DNA from: Catajapyx aquilonaris
Lineage: Eukaryota
DNA length: 32,504 nt
Direction of reading: 5' to 3'
Assembly: GCA_000934665.2 (NCBI GenBank)
Contig: JYFJ02006846.1
Span: forward strand, 1 to 32,504
A model generated the notes under the pieces. It did no database searches, was not told the origin of the DNA, and was given only the letters and a program-made list of their open reading frames with translations. Every line of letters starts with the position of its first letter. Position 1 is the first letter of the stretch. The position numbers and the translations under genes were made by a program. Shown in pieces: positions 1 through 9,700 of the stretch.

Positions 1-123
1 TGATTTCCGTCGACGCGTGACGGACGATGCACCACCTGGCCGTGGCTTCCTAAAGTAGGCTACTAGGGGAAGAGAGACTACTGGATGAGAAAGGGGGGTG
101 CATCCAACCGATGGTCAGTTGTG

Positions 124-131
124 TATATAAA
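124..131 (+). promoter_or_regulatory. TATA box of first secreted-protein gene
   Basis: TATATAAA lies 40 nt upstream of ATG 171. Confidence 0.6.
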
Positions 132-170
132 GGAAAGAGCACATCTCAATTTTGCAGACGCTGGTTCAAG

Positions 171-746
171 ATGACACGACTCGTTCTCTTCATGGTAAGG
201 TTCAAGACACACTACTGAATTTTCGAGAGGTAATATTAATTTTTTGTTGACAGTTGGTGGTCCTTGCGGCAGTGGCAATGGCGACTCCAAGGGTGTATTA
301 CCTGGAGGAAGAAGAAAGCGGTGGTGAGAGGATGTTGTTAGTGTAGTACATGCTTTAGAAATAATTTTGAAAGGTATGCTTAAGCTTTTATGTTAGCCTC
401 ATAGATCGTAGTGCTGGTTATGGGTACGCTTTTGCTTTGACAACATTGCTTTTCAGAGGGACTGGACGCAGACGCATCGTACCACCCGTATGAGCAAGAT
501 GATACCCCGTACTTCGCTCCTGGCCCCCATTATGTGAACAGTAGAGTTGAAGCTGGTGCTGCAACTGCTGATGGTGATGGAAGCAGGGGATACACGTTGT
601 ATGAACCTGTAGTTGAAGCAGCTTATGTAGATGCCCACAAGGATGGTGTGGTTGGTCCGGTCATGACCTACGCCAAGACTGACCACCACGCCAATTTCAA
701 GTGGGGTGTTAGGCACAGTATCCACATGGGGAAGCACAAGCATTAA
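171..746 (+). CDS. Small secreted cuticle-type protein with GPVxTYxKTDHHxNFKWGV motif (~127 aa)
   Basis: Exons 171-194 (MTRLVLFM|gtaagg), 254-323 (LVVLAAVAMA signal peptide, then TPRVYYLEEEESG) and 457-746 are phase-consistent with GT-AG introns. Ends ...GPVMTYAKTDHHANFKWGVRHSIHMGKHKH*. Confidence 0.75.
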
Positions 747-768
747 TAATATTGTCATGGATGCCCAG

Positions 769-929
769 TTCCAGTTCGGGTTCGAAGGAGCCCGTACGAG
801 CCTGTAGGACCTGTCTACACATATGTGAAGACAGACCATCACGGAAACTTCAAGTGGGGCGTGCATCACAAAGTGCACAAGGGTCACCATCACGGAGGCG
901 GCGGCGGAGGTGGCGACGGTGGATTCTAA
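769..929 (+). CDS. Second KTDHHxNFKWGV module; candidate alternative terminal exon of the 171 gene
   Basis: Same frame as the upstream module but after TAA TAA (744-749). Phase-1 acceptors end at 768 (cccag) and 774 (ttccag). Encodes VPVRVRRSPYEPVGPVYTYVKTDHHGNFKWGVHHKVHKGHHHGGGGGGGDGGF*. Confidence 0.55.
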
Positions 930-2121
930 AGCCTGTTGGCAACCCTGAGCTCATGCCGGCCGCCATGACAGTCTCAGCAGGATTCAAATGGCGCCCAGAT
1001 CACCGCTCTAACATTATACAACGTTCCTGTTAACGAATTTTTGTTAAATTTTGCAGGGGCCAAGCATAGAAAGAATGGGCCATAATATGAGTGAAATATC
1101 ATTCAATGTTTTAATTTGGATTTTAGGGTTAATTTTCGCTTAATTCATAGTGCAGTGTGCCGAATTAAAGCGTCTGGCACTGCAACATTGCATTTACGAA
1201 ATAGTTGCTCTCGTGAAAATTTTTAACCGTCTGTTAACTCCACATTCTTTCCATGTTTTGCCTTTGTCATTGTTATTCAACATTTTTTTGTTCGAGTTAT
1301 TCTTATAGCATCTGTTATTATCGCACTGCAGGTCAATGTTCTTTGCAGCACTGTTATTTTGTCACAACAAATCGAGCCAGTTTATTACGTGTAATGTACC
1401 TTGACATTTCCTCATCAATTTGCCACCGCTCTTGTATCCTTCCTGTTGTAAATAGTGTCGGTGAAAGACAATAAATATGGGACACCCCTTCCCAACAAAA
1501 AAAAAATGTGTACAAACTTTTCCCCTTGGAGTGCCCAACCCCATTCGTGACGAAAAGTAAAAATGATCAAGACCCCCATATCATGGCGTCGCTAAAAAGA
1601 GAGAGCTTTTATACTAAAGGCTGAGGGCCAGGACTCCGGAATGAAATTATGTGTGGAAGCATGCTGTCCATACTCATTATCCCATGTTAGGTTGAGGCCA
1701 CCACCAAACCAACCATACAGAAAAAAAAGGGTTTGTTCCTGGTGACAGGCGGCAACATCGTCATGGTTACCCAGAGACCTGCTTTCAGGAGGCCTTCGAC
1801 TCATGTCACGGCTCAATACCTGTAACGAAACAATACCGGACCAATTTTTTTGTGTTGTCTCCTATGGGGACAACTTGGACTTCCCCTTTCACGAACTATA
1901 CACCGCACGACTTACAAGAAAGAAAAAAAAAAATTGGGCTCTCACTTTCGATTTGTCGCATTTAAGAATGGAAAAAAAAACGCTCATGAGTCGGTAGAGT
2001 AAACGCATCCGAATAGATTTGCAATGGAAAACATGCTTTTGTCTATGCTTGGTATGGCCCTCACACTTGGTTTTTGGGTGTAGATAATGCAGATTGTTGC
2101 TCAACAGGGGTTTTAGTTTTG

Positions 2122-2159
2122 TATAAAAGTGGAGGCGACAAATGGTTACAGCATCAGTT
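2122..2159 (+). promoter_or_regulatory. TATA box plus TCAGTT initiator
   Basis: TATAAAA at 2122-2128 and an arthropod-type Inr TCAGTT at 2154-2159, upstream of ATG 2200. Confidence 0.65.
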
Positions 2160-2199
2160 TTGTGGGGGTGTTAAGCAGTACAGAGTTTTGCGGCTAAAA

Positions 2200-2848
2200 A
2201 TGGCGAGTTTGGTGAGTGCCTCTTTAATTCCGGGTGTTTAATTCGAGGTGTTTAACAAGTTGGTTTTGTTTAGGTATTGCTGGCAGTTGTGGCTGTTGTG
2301 ATAGCGGTGGCTTACGGGGGTCACCATCACGGTCACCACTTCGGATATGAAATCGCGACTCACGGACATCACGGACATCACCACTACGCGCCACATCATG
2401 GGCATCACGCCTACCACCACCACGGGCATCACCATCCTCACCATCACGGTCACCATCACCACAGCCATGGTCACCACGCTCTGATCCGTCATCACGCCAA
2501 CCCTCATTCATACCACTATGACGTAATTAATTTCTTAATTTCTATTTTCTTTTAAAGGCATTGGCTAGTCACGTGATTCAAGCGATGGAAGTGTCGTAGA
2601 GTATGTCTGCAGTGCCGATGGCCTGCTTGTCGATAGCAACTCTTACATAACAATAGGCGGTGGCGCCCTATTGTTCAATGACAGCTGACTGACACCCCTT
2701 TAATTTCCAGCTGAGTGAGCATGGGCCTGGATACCACAAGTACGTCTCTCAAAGCGCCGGTCACCACCATGGTCACCACGGTCACCACGGTCATCATGGC
2801 CACCACGGTCATCATGGTCACCACGGTCATCACGGCCACCACTACTAA
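2200..2848 (+). CDS. Secreted histidine/glycine-rich protein (~132 aa, probably cuticular)
   Basis: Exons 2200-2211 (MASL|gtgagt), 2274-2522 and 2711-2848, all phase 0. Hydrophobic signal peptide, a (GHH)x8 tail and AATAAA at 2959-2964. Confidence 0.85.
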
Positions 2849-3110
2849 AAAAAAGAGAGACCAACAAAAAGAAGAAGAAAAAAAGCAGCAGCACTATTCA
2901 TGGCCTCGGCCATGGACGCCATTAGTCTCATTCCTACTCAATTAGAGTAATGAGGGCCAATAAAGCAATTTTAGCACCGCAACTGTCCATTTACTGTATG
3001 TTGACTTTATAGATTATTATTTTTTTGTAGCACTTATGAAAGCATTGGGCGTGACAATTTTTCGTGTCGCTTCGTTTGCTTTTTATATGGATTTTTTTTT
3101 AAAGTCAGTC

Positions 3111-5084
3111 ATGGAGTTTGTGGCTAAAGATGAGTATGTGACCGGATTGTTGCGTCGCATTGTTGTGCAGGAAGAGCTGTACTTGGCTGTTAAGCCGCTT
3201 GTTTACGCCAGCAAGTTGCTGGGGTCGCTTCCTGTCGCAATTAAAAGGAAGTATTTGGGTTTAAACCGGGTGAGAAAACCGGGTCTCATCAGCTGGACAA
3301 CAATGTGGGCTGGTTTCATGGCATTGTTGACCACCTACACCTACGGGGATATGATCAGATTGTCCTGGAAATTGATCATGTATCGAGATTCCGAGAACAC
3401 CCTGAGTTGGAGCGTCGCTGTATTCGTCCATTCCTTGGCCATACAATGGGTCGTCGGAATTGTCACAGGAGCATTGTTGTCTCGAGATCTGAAGTCATTG
3501 TTGACCAAACTGGCCGACATTTTCTGCCTGATGGATCCCAACCACACGTTTCGATCCAAGTTCACCAAACGGATATTGTTTTCATGGTGGTTCGCCCTTC
3601 AGGTTAGTGCACTAAAAAATCATATTACTAATCCGCTTATTCTGTCTGTCCGCTTATTTGTCGCTCGGACAAACATCAGGTAGAAAAGCTCGATTGTAGT
3701 AAGATTTTTCTCCTATAACCGCAGGTGATGCTGACTGTAATCTACGCCTGCGAAATGTCAATACTGAACCACCAGCTGACGAGGCTGTCCATTGTTGGAC
3801 GCTACATTGTCTTCTTGATGGTGATCGCCTTTTGCCAAAGAGCAACCGTTGACCTATGGTTTCAAGCGTTCAGCACCGTGGTTCAAGCCGGATTCGACAA
3901 GCTGAACGGCCGGATCGAATGCGTGCTGTCCCCATACAAGCTGGACAACAATGAGCCCATCAACAACAACAGTCAGCTGGACCTCCAAGAGCTGAGGAGA
4001 CTTCGAGGGATCCATCAGGACTTATGGGGACTGACCACAACAATATGCAGGAAATTCGCGGTGTTCCACTTCCTGGAGGTGGTCTCCGCCATTGTTGACT
4101 CGACAGTCTTCTTCTTCCAGGCATTCGCTTTCCAGCTCTCAAACATCACCAATTTCCAATCCCTTGTTGCCCTCGGTATTGTCGTCTTGCTGAACATTGT
4201 CGTGGTGTGCGAGGCTGCAACTGCAATGACCAACAGGGCACGTGACACCTTCAGAATTGTCAGCCGTGTCACCACCGCAGGCATGTCGCCCGATCTTGCA
4301 GCCGAGGTATGATTACTTTTTAACAAATTTTTGGTACAGTTTTTTAAATAAAAAGTTTAAATTTTCAGATCCAGCTTTTTACCACCGCACTCTCTGGAAG
4401 CTCCTTCAACATATCAGTCTGGGACATCTTCGTCCTTAATAAAAGTGTCCTCACCGCTGTAAGCATTGTTGGCTCGCTTAATTAACGTACTTGGTTTTTC
4501 ACGTTTACGTCCACGTCCAATTTTACGTTTACATTTACGTCTACGTCTACGTCCATGTGATACGTCTACGTCTACGTATTCAGTCTCGTTACATTTACGT
4601 CTACGTCCATGTGATACGTCTACGTCTACGTATTCAGTCTCGTTACATTTACGTCTACGTCTATGTGATACGTCTACGTCTATGTGATACGTCTACGTCT
4701 ATGTGATACGTCTACGTCTATGTGATACGTCTACGTCTTCATTCACGTTACTTTTACGTCTACGTCCATGTGATACGTCTACGTTGCGTCTACGTCTTTG
4801 TTCTCGTTATATTTACGTCTATGTCTACGTGATACGTCTACGTCTTCGTTCACGTTACATTTACGTCTTCGTTCACGTTACATTTACGTCTACGTCCATG
4901 TGATACGTTTACTTCTACGCCTACATTTTGGATCACGTTTACGTTTGCATTTTTACGTCTAGGTCTCTGTGATACGTCTACGTTTACGTTCACGTGTCTT
5001 CCTCAGGTTGTGAACTGCGTGGCCACCTTCCTGCTGGTAATGTTCCAATTCAAAATCGCGGAGAACGATGAAAACACCACCTGA
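3111..5084 (+). CDS. Gustatory receptor (arthropod 7TM chemoreceptor family), ~413 aa
   Basis: Exons 3111-3602 (in-frame upstream ATGs at 3036 and 3087 are possible), 3725-4306, 4369-4458 and 5007-5084, with three phase-0 introns. Multiple TM segments. C-terminus ISVWDIFVLNKSVLTAVVNCVATFLLVMFQF matches the GR TM7 TY/FhhhhhQF signature. Confidence 0.85.
4500..4995. repeat. Compound satellite built on ACGTCT hexamer with 19-nt and ~54-nt higher-order units
   Basis: Runs of tctacg. TATGTGATACGTCTACGTC starts at 4662, 4681, 4700 and 4719. A ~54-nt unit is duplicated at about 4556-4663. The repeat fills most of GR intron 3. Confidence 0.9.
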
Positions 5085-5430
5085 GGGGCTTAAAAATCCC
5101 CCCAGACAGCAATCTCTCGCACGAGCACACAACAATGTCCTAATCGTCCCAACATTACAGGTATTATCAAAGCAGCCTCCACCCCCACAACCTGCTTCCC
5201 AACCCAGTGACCTTCAACCTCTTCAATCTATGGTACCATTTTTTTTTGTTTTGTTTTGTTGTTTTGTCTCTTTGGGTCGCCTCTTGTTGGTGGCTGGGGG
5301 CAAGATTATAATTTTTGCGAAAAAGGAAAGCAACGTCCTTGATTGCATTCCCTAACCCGGCGTGCTTTGAGGAAATCCATTTTCCCGAACCTGGAACTTA
5401 CTCCAGGGTGGGTCCCACCCCGCCTCTTGT

Positions 5431-5440
5431 TATATAAAAG
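5431..5440 (+). promoter_or_regulatory. TATA box
   Basis: TATATAAAAG upstream of ATG 5515. Confidence 0.65.
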
Positions 5441-5514
5441 GGGGTAGCCCCGGACCTGATGCAACCATACCGCAGTTCGGTTTCTACACGAGCGAGTCTT
5501 AAACAACAGGAACA

Positions 5515-5928
5515 ATGATCAAGCTGGTACGTACATGGACGCACTATCTAATTACCATTTTGTACCCATTTTGGGTACATTTTGTGTTAACTGCAATTAT
5601 TGGGACATAGGTGCTGGTCGTGTTGGCTGGAGTGTTGGTCTGTGCCCATGCTGGTGGGTACGCCCAGTACGCCCATGGGTTCGCCATACCTGGACCGTAC
5701 GGAGCAGCTAAGGTGAACCACAAGGGAGACAACTTCGGGTACGCGTACGGAGTGGACCAGGTACACAAGGGAGGAAGCAGCTACATACACCAGACAGGCA
5801 ACTTCCATCATGGATACGGACATCATGGACACGGCGGGTTCGGATATGGAGGACATGGCGGGTACGGCGGATATGGTGGACACGGCGGGTTCGGCTACGG
5901 TGGACATGGATTCGGATACGGAAAGTGA
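5515..5928 (+). CDS. Secreted Gly/Tyr/His-rich cuticle-type protein (~109 aa)
   Basis: Exons 5515-5526 (MIKL|gtacgt) and 5611-5928. Signal peptide VLVVLAGVLVCAHA, GGHGG(F/Y)G(Y) repeats and AATAAA at 6013-6018. Confidence 0.85.
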
Positions 5929-6657
5929 TTCACACGCCAAATGTTACCCACGCTTTTTTGTGTGTGTGTAAAACACCCAAGTCTGCTTTGATTACTGCCT
6001 AAGTTCGCTGTAAATAAATTATGTTCAACACAGTATGATCGTTTTCACTAATTTTTCATTTTAAGGAAATGCGGCATGGCTATAATTTGGGGATGAATTT
6101 CAGAACGCATTAGAAAAAATTGCATGTAGATATACGTTAACTATTACCAGATAACCACTAGGCTACATGTATTTTCGTCCAACTGCTAGTTACTGCTAAC
6201 TTATCAGTACCATTCCAACTATTATTAGCAGTGGGACTACAATATTGTCACTTATGAAGCAAGCAACCGATACGGATGTCAGCTCAATTCTGAAACACAA
6301 AATAATTGCAAAAGTCAGCATCCTTTTATGAGATTAAAATTCACAAAATTTCAAATTTCACAAAAACAGATGTAGTTTTAAATCTCCCGCTGATTTTGCG
6401 TCTTGCTTGAAGTAGTTACGTAAAAACCCGCGAGAGGCGCAAACGTCGGACATCAAAATGTCGACCGTCATGCCATCTATTGATATTCTACGCAATCTGA
6501 CCACAACGATTCACATTAACATAAGCATAAATTTTTGTCATATTTACCTTTAATTAGTAAATAGTAATTAAATGCCATATTTATTAATTAATTTTGTATG
6601 CAATTCATACAAGTGCGATGTTGACTTTGGCAACATTGTTTCGTTACCAATAGTCGT

Positions 6658-6666
6658 CGCCATCTT
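6658..6666. promoter_or_regulatory. YY1/Pho-like motif near CCDC174 start
   Basis: CGCCATCTT about 55 nt upstream of ATG 6720, with no TATA box evident nearby. Confidence 0.35.
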
Positions 6667-6719
6667 GGAAAATCAGCTGATTCTGAAAACGTTCTGAAAA
6701 AGTTTTTGTCCCCAAGAAA

Positions 6720-9700
6720 ATGAGCGAGAAAAAGTTTTCCGGGAGCGCCGCGTCCGTAAGTATTACCCGGAAATGACTTGAACACTTGTTCTGCCAATTA
6801 CCAATTTATTGTAGAACAATTATTGGGCCTCCTGCTCAAAACCATCTCTCTAAACGACATGGATTGTTTTCCCAGGTGGTGGACTTGAAGGCTGAGTTGT
6901 ACCGCAAGCAGCGAGAGTACGAGAGGGGTAAGCCAGACTCTGGAGGGCCCAAATGGCAGCCCAAGAAGGTGCCACAAATTTGGGGAAAGCCAAACGCAAT
7001 TGTCAAGCCCAAGGCGACAGGCGACAAGGCAGCAAAAGGTGCCGCTCAGCCTGAACCCGTGGAAGAATCAGAGCTGCTTCAAAAGTCCAGGTGAAAACGG
7101 ATTGACAATAGTATTTACTAGTCTCAAGAACAACTGAGCGAGGGATTTGAGTTAGCATGAATGTGTATGAAGCACTTGAAACGTATCAGTAAATATTGTC
7201 TTTCATTATTTCAGATCTGCGTTAGAAGCCAAAGCAAAGCTGTATGCGAAGCTTTCTAAGGATGCCTCTGTGTTGATAGATGATGATGAAAAACGGGAGA
7301 GCATCTTGGTTGATTTCGTGCAGAAAGCCAGAGACTCACCTGAATCTGTTGTGGAAGTTCCGGAAGAAGACGTAGAGGAGGAAGAGCCAGATATCCCTAT
7401 TCCTGCTCCATCCGGGCCAGATGAGGAATGGTAAGAATGCCTGATGAATTACAATTGTGAATTGAAGAGGCGGATTCCAAAGTCCCCTAAGTCCATTTTT
7501 GTTGTTTTGATCTATTTGTTGGCATCAATAACATGGGCTTATACGGGATTTGAGAAAACTCTCCGATTTCTGCGCTTGGAGTTGGGAACATTTTGTGTGT
7601 TCTGACCTCGGGAGAAGGTGGGGAGCACCATAAGCTACCAATAGACGTAATCAGCTCATTTTTCATGAAAATGGACTTTGGGGACTTTGGAATCCCATAT
7701 TTCTCACATGTTGTACAGCATTTAGTAACGAGCTTCTGCCAAATGTCAGATATTGGGACAGGCTGGTTTCCCCCTCCTGGCGCATGGATTCACATGCTAC
7801 TTTTCCTTCCCGAATCCCATGTTTGCGGTGAGCCTTTCAGGCTTTTGACAAATCGGCAGCAGACAAAGCGTTTTTACCTTTGGGTTTACAGAGATTAAGA
7901 ATGTTTTGAATGAGAATTGATTGCCCAATCATATCATTTGGCGAAATGTTTTCTTTTGTGATGTAAAGGCAGGAAGCATATCTTGCAAATTAATCCATTA
8001 GCACATGGGACAGTCACCAAATTAAATCCAGCCAGCAATCAATGATGGATATATTATTAACAGGAAATAGTGGCACGAACGGACTTTGTCTGAACAGTAC
8101 AAAAGTTGCCAAGCCCAGTTGCTATGTAATTTAGTGGGCAGGCCGAGATATGTTTGCATGAGTGCAGATTCATATAGGAATGTTATGTAATTGGGTTAGA
8201 TTTAAACCCATATTTATGAGTCATTTTAACTAATACAGCAATTAAATGTGATAGTGCACACTTGATTGATATTTCCACGTCATCTGAGATGTTTATTTGA
8301 TCAACAGGGTTGAGTACACAGACTCATTGGGTCGCACTCGCAAGTGTCTGCGCAAGGATCTTGCATCGTTCCAAGCGCAGGATGCGGAGTACTCTGGAGC
8401 CAGCCGCACCAGCCTGTTGGACTCAAACAAGTGGAAGCCAGAGGACTTGGACCAGGAGGAGAAGAGGCAGGAGCTACACAAGAAGTGGGACAAGGAGGAG
8501 GAGGAGGCCAACGAGAAGGGAACTGTCCACTACCAGGACGTGCTCTTTGACGGTAAGTGCATCTTAATTCGTCGAAATGAGGAGCTTAGTTGCTATTTGA
8601 ATAAAACCCCTTTTGGCATGAGGAAGATCTTGTTTATATCAATCGAGTCCAGCAAATATTATTTTATGACGCATGCAATGTGAATTGATTTCAGTTAAGT
8701 CTATGTACTGTAGGTGAACTGTGTTAATAAATTTTTTTTTTCATCAGTGTTCTTCATATATTTCAGGTGTAAGTTAAAATCATTAAATACATTTTTTTGG
8801 CAACTACGCTTCTCAATATATCGTAATTTTTCAATGTGCACAAAATGTTGCCATCATGTACATGTGCTCAGTTTACAGTGCTGTTATTGTTGCAATTGCT
8901 ACCCCAACTGCTACCAGTGCAACAGCGAAGGTAGACCTCAGCATGGTTCCGTCATTCAAGTTGCACAAGTCGTTGTCACACATGCAGACATACAGGCCAT
9001 TTTTTGTCTCGCAAGGGAGTGATGCAGTTGTCGCTAAATCGACGCAAGTGCGTGCAACCCAGTTCACTGAAATTGAGAAATGTAATTGGTCTCATTCTGC
9101 TCAGAGAAGGCAACAAAGCTGTTAGTGTCAAAAATATGTGGCACAATACAAACTTACTTGTCTGGTACACAATGCACGCTGCTCGTCCAACCTGGTAAGG
9201 ACATTGAATCTGAAACCCAGTGTCTTTGGGATCAAAATTTGCGCATGGATGTAAAGAGTAGTCGATGAAGGTTTGGCTTATGTTGCCACGAAGATCATTC
9301 GCTTTGATCCTGCTGCTTTCGTCACCCACTGGGTCAGGTGTGCATACATAGCAATTCAAGCTGTGACCTAAAAGTGAAGTTTACTGTAAAGTGGCTGACG
9401 GACTAGACAAAGGCAATTGTAGCTGCGTCACGACTGCAGCCTTTAAGCAATCATTTGCCAATGAAGTAACTCATATCGGAGGAAAATGTCTGTGATTTTG
9501 AGACAAAACATTGCAGTATCCTCACTTTGGTCACTAATTGTCATTTTTGGAATAAAGCGTACACTTCAAGTGCTTTCTTGAAACAGTGTGCCTTTAGAGA
9601 TTTCTAATGCCTAATTTTGCGGGAATAGCTTACAGATTTCAATCTTAAACTTACGATCTGGATAACAAACCTGTGCCCAACAAGAAGGTGGTAATGACTA

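Noticed and set aside
2224..2945. Met/Val-, Thr- or Asp/Arg-rich ORFs on other frames
   Set aside because: These are shadow frames of the His/Gly-rich gene. The same applies to 453-893 and 5587-5940.
4466..4903. ORFs rich in RL/YV/TS dipeptides
   Set aside because: They are translations of the intronic hexamer satellite.
4500..4995. Possible CRISPR-like repeat-spacer array
   Set aside because: The sequence between repeats derives from the same hexamer, there are no unique spacers or cas genes, and the context is a eukaryotic intron.
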